Under the pieces are notes generated by a model. That model did not search any database, was not told the origin of the DNA, and saw only the letters and a program-made list of their open reading frames with translations. A DNA stretch of 63,558 nucleotides, counting the filler, from Conidiobolus incongruus B7586 (taxonomy: Eukaryota), in assembly GCA_000697335.1 (NCBI GenBank). It is 5 parts of 5 records of this genome, joined end to end, with 100 filler letters (N's around TTAATTAATTAA, not from the genome) between each part and the next. Parts side by side here need not be neighbours in the genome. Positions count along the whole stretch, not along the records: positions 38,438 to 44,917 come from JNEM01006297.1; positions 45,018 to 59,694 come from JNEM01006300.1; 3 more parts are not named here. The stretch is one strand, 5' to 3'. Shown piece by piece: positions 38,438 through 52,434 of this stretch. Position 1 is the first letter of the stretch. Each line of letters opens with the position of its first letter. The position numbers were made by a program, and so were the translations under genes.

Positions 38438-38955
38438 ATAAATATTATATTAATTAATAAATATCAAATATTAATATAATGGTCTTTAAAAGCATAAGGT
38501 GTTTTTATTTAATATCTAGAAGAAAATCAATTTATAATCACTTTATAATATTTTTTTAAAAAATATTATATTTAATTAATATTTTTAATATATTTGATAA
38601 TAATAAATATATATAATTAAAGTTTCAAAATTTTTCTGATTAAAAAATAGGAAAAGCTATCATATCTAATATATTCACGATATTATAACTCATAAAATTA
38701 TAATTGTTTAAAGTAATTAACAAATATACTTATAAAAAAAATTTCAATAAATAAATTTGGATGGTTTATAAAATATTAATTTTTAGTCTTGAATAAAAAG
38801 AAATAATTTTCAAGTGTTAGAAGTTTGAAATAAATAAGAAAAAGTTATTAATGGTAAAATAGAGTATTAATTTACATATATATTTGTAAATTATAAATTG
38901 CAATTATATTAAAATTCAATTTCAAAAAAGTCTCACTATATAAAATTTAAAATAA
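38438..38955 (+). mobile_element. Degenerate mariner 3' half (copy D)
   Basis: ctatcatatctaatatattcacgatattataac...tataattgttt and gtgttagaagtttg...gttattaatggtaaaatagagtattaa align to the HPxYSPD and GIRSLP...GY* regions of copy F. Confidence 0.75.
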
Positions 38956-39360
38956 AAATTAAATAAGATTATATAAAATTCAAAGTTTAACATTTTATTA
39001 ATCAAAATTGTATACAATTTAAATTGATTAAATATATATTAATATTTACTTATATAATTATGTCAAAGCAAATTATCATCATTTTCAGTCCAATTTTTTA
39101 TTTTTTTTTAATCAAATAGGGGCAAACTCACATTAGAGTGCACTGGTTTCTGATATAGATTTAATAAGAATTTGTAGAGTTAAAATGTGTTAGGGTATTT
39201 TTGGTATATTGTGATATTTTTAGTTTGAATTCAGTTATCAAAGCATAAAGGTTGCTGTAAAAACAGTCGTAATTAAAATCAAGTATCTAATGTATATTAG
39301 AAAATAGTTTTATTGAATAAATTATGCATTTTACAAATTATTTTGTATCTAATCAATCAT

Positions 39361-42300
39361 TTAATGAGATCCGTTAACAATAGCGACAATCTTATCCTTA
39401 GTGTTATAGCATTGATCCTTGGGACCAGTGATAACAACGGCAATACCATCTGAGAATAGGGCACTGTCCTTTCTACCTCCGCGACTTCCTCCGGCTTGAG
39501 GCAATTCAATCTCACAGCCGGTGGCACGTCTTAATTCATTAATAACCTTACCACCAGGGCCAATGATGTGGCGATGGTGAGAGTTGGGAACGTAGATTCT
39601 CAAAGCATGGGAGTTCTTTTGAGCACTAGCATAGAGCTTTTCCAGTTGCTGAACAGCTTGCTTTAAGTTGTTTTCAGATCCAGAAAGTGTCAAGGTGAGT
39701 TCTTCATTGCCATCGGTAGGCTCAACTAATTCGGTGCATACCATAGGTTGGTTCTTGCTATCATCATCAATTCTGGGAGCTGAGCTGGATCCAGCAATAT
39801 TGATGAATTTGGGGGCTTCAATATTGGAGGGAATATTGATGTCAAGATTGTGGTTGCGTCTCAATCTTTGAAGGTTGAGATTATTGTGGCCAGACAATTG
39901 GTGATGATATTTTTTGAGGTAGGTGAAGGAGGCAGTGTGAGGGAGCTTGGATAAGATTTCGGCCTTAGCGCTTTCAATGTTTTCAGGCTTACCAGAAATC
40001 TTGATCAAATCACTCTTGCTTTCTTTAGAGGGGACTTTGATTTCAACTTTGAATTTATCTTGGAGAGTTCTCAAGTTGGAACCGCCTTTTCCGATGATGG
40101 AAGCGTGGGCAGAGGGATCGACGGTAATGGTGTCAGTGACAACGCTTTCTAATTCTTTAGCAACAGATTGAAGTTCAGCAACGATCTTTTCGACAAGTTC
40201 ACCTTGGCCCTTAATTTTAACAACATCACTATTGTCTTGTCCCTTGGGGAAGTGTATCATGTTGGTTGCTTGAGAAGCATCGATATCAGAACCCAAAGCT
40301 CTGGTAACCAATTCCCTAAGCTTAGAAGCTCCAGGGCCGATCAATTGACGGTGGATTCTGTTAGGAATTTCTATTTCTTGAGTAATAATGGAATTTTGCT
40401 CATTCACAATATTCATAATCAATTTTTGAGCTTCCTTGATATTGGCCTTGGTACCAATGATGGTGATATTGGCTTCCTCTTCATTGTCAGCACTATTATC
40501 AACGTCAATCTTGGTGTTGGTATCGTCCTTAATTTCGTTAATCTTGACACCTCCCTTGCCCAAAATGTGAGGCAAATGAGTGCGGCTAACAACAAATTTA
40601 ATGGACTGGCTGTTTTCCTTTTCGTATTCAACCAATTCGATAATTTCAGCTTGAGCTTCAGCTACGCCCTTCTTTGGTCCTTTAATAAGAATTTCATCTT
40701 TACCAAGTATATCTTTGGGAGTAGCGCCATCTTCACCGTCTTCTCTTTCCTTATCCTCGGAACTGGGGAATTTAATAAAGACGCCATATTTCTCTTCCAA
40801 ACGATGGACATATTTACCAGCAGGACCAATGACAAAACGATGGTATTTGGAAGGAATGGATAATTTAATTTGAGTTTGGTCATTGAGTCTTTCAATCAAT
40901 TCAAGAATTTGTTTTTTAACCAAATTGGCATTCTTCTCGAATCCTTGGATGGTAGCTTTAACAGGACCCTTAGCAACATTACCTGGCTTGTTGTCAATAT
41001 CAATCTTAACATCATAGGTTTCTCTGTATTTGGTCATGTGTGAGCCATTCTTTCCAATTACGTGAGCTAAAAATTTTTGAGGAATAGATAATTCAGTAGT
41101 GTAGCTATGAAGAACTTCATAATTTTTAGCATCCTCAATGTATTGTGAGAGCTCTTTGTAGATCCTTTCAACTTCGGGTTTAGAGCCCCTAATAAGAATT
41201 TCATTTTCACCCAAAGTACGTAACTCGGGAGTGTTAGCAAGTTGAATACGGTTGCCAAGTTTAATCCAGGCTTTGGGATTCTGACCAATCACAGTATGGA
41301 GATTAGATTCCTTAGGACCAGCAATTCTCTTGAAATATTTGGAAGGAACTTCAATAACTTTTTCAGTAATATCGGTGTGTCCAGAAACCTTTTCTAATAG
41401 TGATTTCTTAACTTTACTCAAGGCGGATGAGTCAGAAGTAGAGTTGAATAACACAACATTAGAACCACTATCGCTGGAAGTAATCACAATGACACCTGAT
41501 TCAGCCTTAATCTTTTCAAGGTTGGAACGTTCTTTTCCGGCCAAGAAGTAATGAAGTTCAATGGGAACATCAATAAAATCAAATTTAGTAGGAGGCAACT
41601 TGCTGATTAATTCTTGGAGGTCCGCAATAGCAGAGTTTACGTTGTTAGATTCTTTGCTGACGACTTCAATATCACCCTTGGTGGCAGAATTAGGTTGAGG
41701 TAAATGGATTTGAACAGAATGCTTCTTTTCAATTTGGCGAATTAATCCAGAGTGGGAAAGATAGCGATATAAGCAGTCCAAAGCATTGTTATCGTAGTTA
41801 GAGTGAATTTTTTGAACTTTCAAGACACCAACTTGGGCGGAATTAGCCTTGTTCATGATTTCAGCAAAGGCAATTCCCAAATTCTTTTCCAAACCTCTCA
41901 ACTTAACATATTCAGAAGGATCAGAGACTGGGGGAAGTTCTAAGAAGCATCCAGTAGTTTCGAAAATTTCTTTCAAATGAGCACCATTATTTCCAACCAA
42001 AAATCTATGTCTTCTCTTAGGGATGGTAACCATTAACTCGCGTAAATCAGATTGAACGGTTTCAGAGAACTCAATCAAACGCTGACGAACAACTTCGATT
42101 GAATCTTGATCACCTATAAGTACAATATCAGATTCAACGCTATCTCCATTGATTTCATCGTATCCGCTTCCAACTAAGAAGGGAATTTTCAAGCTGACAC
42201 CAGAGTTACCAACCAACTGGGGAATATTGGCATTCTTGGGACCTGAAATGAAAGGATAAATATTGAAAGGAATTTCGGAAACTCTAACTTCTTTCTTAGG

Positions 42301-43161
42301 GGCCTTTTCCTTAACAATGGCTTCAATCTCTTCTTTAGCCAAGTTGACACCAGTTAAATCACCAGTAATAGAGACTTCCAAAATGGTATCTTCGTTTTCT
42401 TCAGCTTCATTACGTTTAGGAACGTTGATGGTAGTACAAGTTTTAGTTTGAAGAGCTTTGAGATTGCGTCCTTTGAGACCTAAAACAAAACCAATAACAC
42501 TGGATGGAACTTTAACAGTAATGGTACCCTAGAATGAATATAATCGGGTTAAATTTTCCAATTATGAGAGCATTGAATGACAAATATTCAAAAAATGTTC
42601 TAATAAATATGAAAGCTGAATAATTACCTTAGGGGACAATTGAGAGACCAGTTCTCTTTTAGCTTTAGAAACCTGATCAGGTTTACCTTTGATAATAAAT
42701 GTGACAGTACCTGAAATTCTAGAGGAAGAAGCATCAATTTGAGCGCCAGATTTTTTAATTGATTGCTGGACAGCATCGCGAACAGAAGGAGTACCAAAAG
42801 CTTTCTGGGGAATAGAGTAATCAAAAATTTCGGTAACCAAGTTAGATTTAGGAGTAGAAGAAGCAGGAGGCTTAGAAGACCAAGCGGAAGGACGAGCAGT
42901 TGCCGATGGGGCACCAAGCGAGGGGAACATTTCTTGAGAATCAAGATCGGGAACAGCATTCTTGGGCTTAGCAGCAACGGGAGTGGGTTCTTCTTCTTCT
43001 TGCTCTTCTTCATCATCAGAAAGAAGGCTTAAGTAAGCAGTACGTAAATCGAGTTCAGATCCGAGGAAAGAGTTGTCCAAAATGGGATTTGATGAGGTGG
43101 AGGGTTTGGTGCCATTGGAAGTGCCAATAGCTCCATTTAAGCTGCCGTTAAAGTCAGTCAT
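39361..43161 (-). CDS. SCP160: Vigilin/Scp160 multi-KH RNA-binding protein (2 exons; intron 42529-42627)
   Basis: N-terminal FPSLG motif and many GxxG KH repeats (IGKNGS, IGPAGK, LGKGGV, IGKGGS, IGPGGK). The GT-AG intron joins the frames. Confidence 0.94.
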
Positions 43162-44917
43162 AGCAATAGTTGAAATCAGTCAAGCGAGAATACCAGAAAA
43201 ATCGAAACAGATAGCAAATCAAGTATGTAAATCTTGATCTATACGAAATAAAAATGTAAAATTTAAAGAATTGATATTTCAAAGAAAATTGAAATCTTTT
43301 AATTTTAATATATGCTGATGATTAATGTATTTTTAATGTCCTTTTGGAATTAAAAGGTTGGCTTTGAATATGAATGCTGAATTGTATTTATTATGATGAT
43401 GTTTCTAGATTCATTCCAAATCCCCATCACCTAATTTCCTAATTAAGTCATATTTGTTAAATCAATTTGGAATTGAGTTCTAATTTTATCCTCAAAATAT
43501 CATGTTTCAATTTGATTGGATGTTTATTTTATTTTTTCAAAAGATATCAAATATTTATAACAAGTGACTTGGCAATTTTATTACTAGATTATATATTTTT
43601 TATTATTTTGAAAATAACTGATTATAATATTGAAAGAATTAATTTAGATATTTGGATTGTACAGAACATGGTTAAGGTTGATATACAAATTATGCCATAT
43701 ATTTGATAACATTATTTTATCCAACAAACTGGAAGTGAAATTACCGTATATTTAACACATCATAATTCGAAAATAACTACGCATAAAATAAATTATAAAA
43801 CAAATTTGTCATTTTCCAAATCTAGATAAAATTGATATTTAAACTAAATTTCAATTATTTTATATCAATCATCATTGTTCTGTACATGATTTTAATAATA
43901 TGAGAAATTTTTACCTTAGAACTTGGCCAAAATTGTTTAAATTTAATCATCCTTGCCCAAGTCCTGTATGAACTCCAGAGACCTCAACGTCAATCCTAGA
44001 AGACTGGTTTGATTAATTGTTAAATAATGAAAGAGTATGTTTTTTATAAATTGATATTATGATTTATTTTTATATAATATTAAGGACATTTAAAAATCTT
44101 GCTTGACCCAAGTTATATTTGCAAATATCGATAGTTACCATATTCTTTGCTTTTATTATATTTGTCACAAATGATTACCTTGTGCCAAGAGTATTCACTT
44201 ATTTTGATGAGTAATTTTTTTTGAAATCTGTAATATAATTAATTGAATATTACTTATACTTTTAATGCTTTTACCCTCAATATATTTATTGGCTTTCACT
44301 ATTTTTTAATTATAATATCAAGATATAAACTAATATAATATTGTTCAATAATTAATTTAATATTTCAAGTGTACTTTTTTTGTAATCTTTTTAATTTCAA
44401 TTTTGATTCTTTTTAATACTTTAATTTTTTAATTATATATTTCTTTTTAGGACTATTAATTTTATAACATTATATAAATATGACAAAGATGATAAATTCT
44501 CATAATATATTTTTATATTGAATAACCAATCCAAAAAAATAATTTATAAAAATTTTCATACCAAGGTCAAAAACAAAATCTCTCTTTATGAATATAATTT
44601 ATTTTACAGTTTGTTAATCATACTTATTTTCTAGTATCATTGTGATATTAGAATAAAGCTTACAAAATAAAAGGATATAAGTATATTGCTAATATTTGAT
44701 TAATAAACCAAGGAAATTAGTATTGGTTATAATTAATTAAATTAGCTTTATATTATAATTATAAGGAATTATTTTTATAATTAAAAATAATTTGATAAAT
44801 TTATTAATAATGGAATTAAAAATAATATATATACTAAGTTTATTATAATATAGTTAACTTAATAGATAATATTAATTGTTTCAGTATATTAATCCTAGGA
44901 TTCAAAATAAAATTAAT

Positions 44918-45017
44918 NNNNNNNNNNNNNNNNNNNNNNNNNNNNNNNNNNNNNNNNNNNNTTAATTAATTAANNNNNNNNNNNNNNNNNNNNNNNNNNN
45001 NNNNNNNNNNNNNNNNN
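44918..45017. other. Artificial contig spacer
   Basis: N44-TTAATTAATTAA-N44. Confidence 0.97.
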
Positions 45018-45510
45018 TTTTATTTAATTCTTAAAAGAAAATTAATTAATAATAAACTTTATATTTTTTTAAATAAAACTATTTCTAATTAGTATTCTCA
45101 ATATAATTTAAGAAAACCTATTATTTTATATGATAATTGTAAAATACATAAATTTAAAGTTATAAAAAACTTTTTAATTAAAAATAACTAGAAAAAACTA
45201 CTATATTTAGTATATTCTTTAGATTATAACTTATATGATTATAATTGTTTTAAGCAATTCAAAAACTAGCTTATAAAAAAGAAAATTTCTACAGGAAAAT
45301 TTAATTGGTTTGTGTAATATCAAATTTTAGTCTTTAATAAAAAGAATTATTTTTTAAGTGTTAGATCTTTGCTAAAAGTATAGCAAAAAGTTATTAGAAA
45401 TAAAAGAAATTATTAATTTTATAATATTTAGTTATTTTTACTTTTTATATATTAAAATGTTTACTTTTTTTCAATCACAAAAAATTCCCATTATTTAAAT
45501 TACAAAGTAA
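45018..45510 (+). mobile_element. Degenerate mariner 3' half (copy E)
   Basis: cctattattttatatgataattgtaaaatacat (I L H>Y D N C K I H) is near-identical to 60676-60708. Ends in a TIR-like ...cccattatttaaattacaaagtaa-TA. Confidence 0.85.
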
Positions 45511-47330
45511 TAATTTATTATAATGAAATTAGAGTTAGTTGCTTTATAATTCAAAATATGTATATCAACCAATTCTAATTATTGAGTGATAGAAAAATGT
45601 TAAAAAATAATATAGTATAATATAAATTTAAATATTTTGATATCTTTTTATAATATCAAATTATTAAGAAAAGCTTATGATAAAAGAGTTATAATTTTAA
45701 TCTTAAAAAATCAGGAATTTATGAAGTTGTAAATATCTAACTATCAAAATAAAGATGAAAAAAATTGATAAATATAATATTCTTATCAGATTCATTTTTA
45801 TTTCAATGTTGATGATTATTTATATATAATGATATTAAAGGTTATAATAATATATCTTATATTATTAAAAGTAAATAATTATAAATTTATTATTGAAGGT
45901 GTAAAATATTAAAAAAGATTAGTAAATTAAAAAAAATTTAAATAATTTTTATAAATATATTTAAACTTAGATTTTTTCGTAGATCATGCCTTATCATTCA
46001 ATCAAGTATTATTGAAAGTTTTAATAATTGTTTGGTTAATAAATAAATCATTTAAGTAACAAAATACTGTATATTTCATATAAGTGTATTATTATCGTTA
46101 AATGGATAATAGGATATATAAAATTATAAATAATATAAAAACCAAAATTTGTAAAATATTTAGTATTAATTTACTATCAAATTTAATTTCAAATAAACTT
46201 AAATGTTTTAGTAAATAAATTATTCGTTAAATTGGTCAAATTAATGGAAATTATATTTTGATATAATTTGTTAGTATTTTCATTGTAAAATTGATATATA
46301 TCATTGTGTTATAGTTTATGTGATATGTTTTGGTGAAAAAGTACATTCTCTTAAATATCTGAAGGAGATTTTTATTAAAATATTATATGATCAAGCTTGA
46401 GATTTAATTCGATGATATATTAATATAAAGAAAATTTTTAAAAATATCAAGATTAAAATGATATTTTCAGTCTTTTCGTTATATTACTCATCCTTATGAT
46501 TTACATGAATTTATTTTAATTTTACCAAATAATTTGTGACTCATATCTCAGTATTGTAATCCAATTGAGCTTAAACGTGATAAATTTAATAATCAAGTAT
46601 TAAATATAACAACAGAGAGTTATTTTTAATAGTAATTTATCTCGTTGAGTAATGCCAATCTGTTCTTTAATGCCACATGCCAAAAAACTAATATTCGATT
46701 GCCTTAATCTAGCCATCAAATATATATCAATTAATAATTTTCTCCACTATTATTTATCACCCAATCCTTATTTCCTGACCAACAATATATTCATTTAATA
46801 TTACTTTTGAAGATGATGAAAATCAAAAATATCTTCACTGACTCCGCACTTAGCCTAATAGTAATCCTAGCCTCTAATATCAATTTTATAGTACCAAAGT
46901 ACATCATTTATCATACCATTATTAAACTATAATTTCAGTTTGCCATTTCTATATCAGTTGATTTATTATTAATATATTAGTAGATGTAATTTTGAATATT
47001 TTATAAATTGAAATAACTTAAGTTGAAATACTATATTATGTACTGTATAAATTGTTGCTTAACTAATTTTGTTGAAACATCCAATCATCTAGTCTAAATG
47101 GCCCATACATTTATAGAAATCACTTCATTTAAACTATTTTCACTTTTATTATTCCCCTGCAAATCAGATAAAATTTGTTCCAATTAAATTCCTATAATTG
47201 ATATTTGTTCAACTTTTCTCCCTCTCATTAATTATGCATTTACAGGAATATAAATAGGGCGATGAATCCAAAAATTTTGAAATAATTTAAATTCTGATTA
47301 ATTTAATATATACATAGATTTTGATTAAAC

Positions 47331-48392
47331 ATGAGACAAAGAATAATTTCATCGCAAACTATATCAACCAATTTAGATGATACAGATAAACCATTGAACT
47401 TATTTGAAAAGAAACAGTCTACGATCAAGCAAAGACTGGTTATAAAATGGGAAGATGCTCCTGCCTGGATGAGATCAGATCATATTCTGGATGGATACCG
47501 TCAAATAACCAACTCCTATATTGGATGTTTTAAATCACTTTTTTATCTTCACAATGAAACTGGCAATGTCTATACTCATTTTATAGGCTCTATAATTTTC
47601 GTTATTCTTGGAGTAACTACTTTCTACTTGTTAAGCCACCATTCAATTCAATCCAATTGGCTAGTGAATTGGCAAGATTACATTGTGCTATATACTTATA
47701 TCTTCTGTGCAATTTCTTGTCTCGTATTATCCTCCTGCTTCCATCTCTTTTTATGTCATTCCGAACCTGTTAAAAACCATTGGAACAAATGTGATCTTAT
47801 GGGCATCGTCCTTCTAATTGTTGCATCCTTTTATCCAACCATCAATTACGCATTCTTCTGTGAGCCTTTTTGGAAATTGACTTATCTCATCAGTATTACG
47901 AGTTTAGGATCTTTAACAATTGTCCAATGCTTTCTCAGTTATTTTTACTCCGAAAAATACAGAGTCTTCAGAACTTTAAGTTTTATCTCTTTGGCATTAA
48001 CTGGATTTGTTCCTATAATTCATTACTTCGCTAAAGTTGGGGTAATTATAAGGTATTAAATCATAAAATTATAGCTAATTAAATTTATTACAGGTTATAT
48101 CGGCTATTCAATATGCTCCTATGCAGTACATAGGATGGATGGCTATATTCTATTTAACTGGTGCACTAATTTACTTGTACCGACTACCTGAAAGATTTTT
48201 CCCTGGCAAATTCGATTATTGGGTAAGTTTGTCACATCACACTTACATTATGAACCAAACTAATAATCAATTTTTTAGTTTCATTCACATCAAATCTTTC
48301 ACGTCTTTGTAGTAATTGCAGCATTATTCCATTTCAATGGAATTTTACACTCATTTAAAACGCATCATAGTAATTTTATAGGTTGTTTTTAA
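47331..48392 (+). CDS. PAQR/IZH (HlyIII, adiponectin-receptor-like) protein, 3 exons
   Basis: GYR, HNETGNVYTH, FHLFLCHS, DLMGI and PERFFPGKFD..FHSHQIFH. Two introns near the 3' end. Confidence 0.93.
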
Positions 48393-49936
48393 ATTTGAAT
48401 TTCAAATAATTGAATTTAAATCAGTTCTATATTGTTATCAAATTTATTCATTAAAAACATATTCAATATAGTGGAATATTCTTTGATTTAATAAAATTTA
48501 CGGATTTAAAGAAAATCATATCTGATTTATTACATGCTGATGATTGAAAGTGATTTATCACTTTTTCATTGAATTTTCTTATAAATTGTTAGCAATAAAA
48601 TAATAATTGATAATACAGGATTAAATACATTATTTATTTCACTCTTTTATATCAAATAAACTCTTTTAAAGTATAATTAGATATTTGATTAACGTTTTGA
48701 TTAATCAATATTTACCTGTCTATTTCTTTTAATTACAACTAATTACTTTAAAATGCCACTAACCATCCAATTGTTTGATAGAATAATGACTACTGTAAAT
48801 ATTCACCAAATTGATTCTTAATATTGAAATCAAAATTTAACTCCTCAAATTGATCGTGAGATGTACCATAATAATTATGGATTAACTTTATAAAACTAGA
48901 TCTCAAATTGAATTAGTTTTGAAGATTGATACTTTGTATATTAGATAACAATTTTGATAAATATCAATCCAATCTCAACTATCTATAATAATGGATCTAT
49001 AATTATTCAATGCCGATACCTATCCGAAAAAAATTCGTCCTTCACCATTATTTTACAAATTTCAAAAAATTCATTTTAATCCATTTTTTCATCAATTTTA
49101 TTGTAAATTCGAAAATTATTGACCAATAAAATCATTACCCTTCAAAACTGGACCAATTCTTTTAAAAATAATCTTAATTCATAAAGTTTTCAAAAAAAAA
49201 TTTTTTTATCTAAAACCTAAACATAAATTCCAAAGATATGAAATAATTTAATTAATCCGATATCTATTCGGAAAAACTTATCAAAATTTAATTCATTCAA
49301 ATGTATTTTATTTCAATTCTGAGGGCATTTATTGAAATCAATCTTTTTTAGAGTTTACCTTAATTTTAAATTAATAGTTTTTACTTGTCAAAAGTTTTAG
49401 CTTATGTACTCAATTTTTAGAATGGTTGTAATTATTTGGAATAATGAGAGTTCATTATGGTTACTGGTTTCAAATTACATTACTTTACAAAAAGTCTTCA
49501 TTGGATTGTTGCTAAGAGATTTTTAATCACAGCTAATTTTGTTTGATCGTTGACATAAAAATTACCAAATATATTGAATTATATTGATTTATTCCACATT
49601 CTGTATTATTAATATCTGATAAAATGTATTGAATTTAAGTAATATTAGCAAAATTTGAGGTATGAACCTTGGTTTTTACTCAAACTTGAATTAAGCCTAT
49701 TTCCATTTTGGGATGAGCCAAAACTTATGAACATTTTAGAATATCCATTATTTTAAAAAATTTACTGAAAATACAAAGAATCATTGTGATGGAAATCTTA
49801 ATTTCTTATTTTGAACCTGAATATAACCATTAAAACTTAATTTTATATAAAGTACTTGTTAATTCAAGTTAAATCCTAATTTTTCTTTTATTAATCATTT
49901 GTCTCTTAGTAGTCAAAATTTTTTGGTAAAAATAGG

Positions 49937-50932
49937 ATGAAAGAACAAAAAGTTTATGAAATTTTGTCTAGTACAAAAGGTTCAGGGTCTTCCCCTTCGG
50001 TTACAAAGCCCGAAACCACCAAAGAACCCACGGAAACTTCGCCTTTAGCACCTCTTCATAAGACTTACAAAAAATTGGTGTGTACGTTTAGGGAGCTGCC
50101 TGCTTGGGCTCAGGATAATATCTACATTCAGACGGGGTACCGAATCCCAACTAATTCTTACTACGAATGTTGGAAATCCCTTTTCTATTTTCATAACGAG
50201 TCGGGTAATGTGTATAGCCACTTGATCGGAGCTATCACTTTTATTGTATTTGCTTTTACTACTTCCTATTATCTCGCCTATCACTCCAACCAATTAGGCG
50301 AACTGGTCAAATGGAGTGACTGGGCCGTCATTTACACATTTATTGCAGGGGCTATCTTTTGTCTTGGATTATCGTCCCTCTTTCATCTATTTTCCTGCCA
50401 CTCCGAGGAAGTGTGTGCCAAGTGGAATAAGTGTGACTATGTTGGTATTGTTTTCCTTATTGTAGGTTCCTTCTTCCCTGCTTGTTATTACTCATTCTTC
50501 TGTGATGAGTTTTGGAAGAGTGCCTACCTCACAATGATCACAATACTAGGGATTGGTACAACATTTATCTGCTTCATCGATAAGTTCAGAACACCCCAAT
50601 ACCACAAAGTTAGAACATCGGTATTTTGTTTGTTGGGACTTTCTGGGGTAATCCCCATCACCCACTCATTGATCAGGGACGGGTACGAAAAATTCTCCAG
50701 CTCGCCACTTTTCTCATGGCTCCTCGGTATGGCGGTCTTCTATCTCGTAGGAGCATTTATATATGCCTATCGAATCCCTGAGAGATGGTTTCCCGGAAAA
50801 TTCGACTACCTGTTCCATTCCCATCAGATTTTCCACGTGTTCGTCCTTACTGCTGCCATTTTTCACTATGTCGGTGTGATCAAAGCATTCTATTTCCATA
50901 ACTACAATTTGGGTGGTTGTCTCTTGGTTTAA
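49937..50932 (+). CDS. PAQR/IZH protein, intronless tandem paralog
   Basis: HNESGNVYSH, HLFSCHS, DYVGI and PERWFPGKFDYLFHSHQIFH. Confidence 0.95.
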   Translation: MKEQKVYEILSSTKGSGSSPSVTKPETTKEPTETSPLAPLHKTYKKLVCTFRELPAWAQDNIYIQTGYRIPTNSYYECWKSLFYFHNESGNVYSHLIGAITFIVFAFTTSYYLAYHSNQLGELVKWSDWAVIYTFIAGAIFCLGLSSLFHLFSCHSEEVCAKWNKCDYVGIVFLIVGSFFPACYYSFFCDEFWKSAYLTMITILGIGTTFICFIDKFRTPQYHKVRTSVFCLLGLSGVIPITHSLIRDGYEKFSSSPLFSWLLGMAVFYLVGAFIYAYRIPERWFPGKFDYLFHSHQIFHVFVLTAAIFHYVGVIKAFYFHNYNLGGCLLV

Positions 50933-51120
50933 TTAGGTTCAAATCAATTTTTTTTTACATTTTCGACTTCTATAATTAAATCTCCTTTCAATTAAATTAT
51001 ATAATAATAAACAAATTATTGCAAACATCAAAAATATGCCATAATCTTATTATTTAATTATGAATATAACATTGCTATTTATTTTCATTATTTAAATAAT
51101 AAACTCCCTCTCCTTTCCAT

Positions 51121-51378
51121 TTATTCGATAACCAATTTTTCATTCTTATAAAGTTTAAAAATGATAACTTGTCTCCTCAAAGCTTCCAAATCTTCCTGAG
51201 CATATTTTAAAGCTTCAGAAATTTTAGCTTCGTCCTTAAGATTTTGATTCATTCTAAAACCATCTCGGGTTCTTCTCAAAACATACTCTCTAAAGTTATA
51301 GTTGGTTAGCTGTTTTCCCTGTTTGATTAATTCACGATAGAGTTGTAATTTTTGAGCGGATGTGAAAGTGGTATTCAT
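51121..51378 (-). CDS. ISD11: LYR-motif Fe-S biogenesis protein Isd11/LYRM4
   Basis: LYRELIK...NYNFREYVLRRTRDGFR...LRRQ...KLVIE. Confidence 0.92.
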   Translation of the reverse strand: MNTTFTSAQKLQLYRELIKQGKQLTNYNFREYVLRRTRDGFRMNQNLKDEAKISEALKYAQEDLEALRRQVIIFKLYKNEKLVIE

Positions 51379-52434
51379 ATTTGAAATAAATTCAAAAATC
51401 TGTATAATTTTACAATTTTGGTGTTATTAGTAAAAATCATATTAATTATTAAGTGAAATTAATTGAATTACTTTTTAAAATTGAATAATTTGAATTAATA
51501 ATCAATTATAAAATTGAAATAACTATTTGTAATTTTATATTTTCAAAGGTATTATGGGATTGTGAATGTCATATGATTTCATTAGTGATGAATTGAAATT
51601 AATAATGAATTGAAAAATTATTTTACTGAACCTGTAATTTAATTAAATAATTTTAATCACCTTGTAGGAATTATAGGATTTTAAAAGGGTAGTTATTTCT
51701 TATATATAAATATATATCGCTGCTTTATGAATTTTTGTTTTTTTACGAGCTATTATCATGTATGTATGAATAAATATTAAAGAAAATATTTTATGTTTCC
51801 TGACATGAATTGTAATAATAAAATCTAAAAATACAATAATAATATTTTCCAAAATAATTTTTGATGATAAAAGGCAAATTAAAATAATTTTTTTTAGCAT
51901 TCAATGAATTCATCTAAAATATCTATAAAACAGGGATTGATTAATTAAAGAAATAAAATGTAGCATTTAATTATTATATGGAATGAGTAAAATCAATTGA
52001 ATGAGTTCAATATAATATAAGCAATTAATATCTAAATATATTAAAAATTCATAATAATTATAAAATTTAAAGGTAAACAATTTTAAACTTAATCTTTCCA
52101 GAAGCTGTATTAATTTAATGAGATTTTAATACTATAAAATAATTGAAACTATTTAATATTTATATTCTGAAAGATAATAGACAATTGAGTAAATTTATTA
52201 ATCTAATAACAGAAATTAATATTGTGAATATACAGTTAATTAGAAGTTTTAATTAATTGAGGTAATAAAATTGAGAGAAAATTTGAAAAATTGTACTATT
52301 AAATCTTATAAAACCAATATTTTTTCAAACTTCTTGAATACTATAAATTGAAAATGAATTTGAATAAAGTTATAATAATTTTGATTTAATTGTTATTAAT
52401 AATACATCCCTCCTTCAAATTATTGGATAAAAAT

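Noticed and set aside
35524..42451. Many antisense or alternate-frame ORFs over SLH1 and vigilin (also over TSR1, the aminopeptidase, PAQR and PPE1)
   Set aside because: Shadow ORFs of GC-richer real CDSs with no recognisable motifs.
43905..44200. Short GC-richer patches with recurring CTTG(G/C)CCAAG-like words
   Set aside because: Irregular spacing, no ORF or array structure; possibly exon relics but unsupported.
44640..44917. TGTGATATTAG-starting AT-rich block at a contig end, possibly another decayed LTR
   Set aside because: No second terminus, TSD or second copy is visible.
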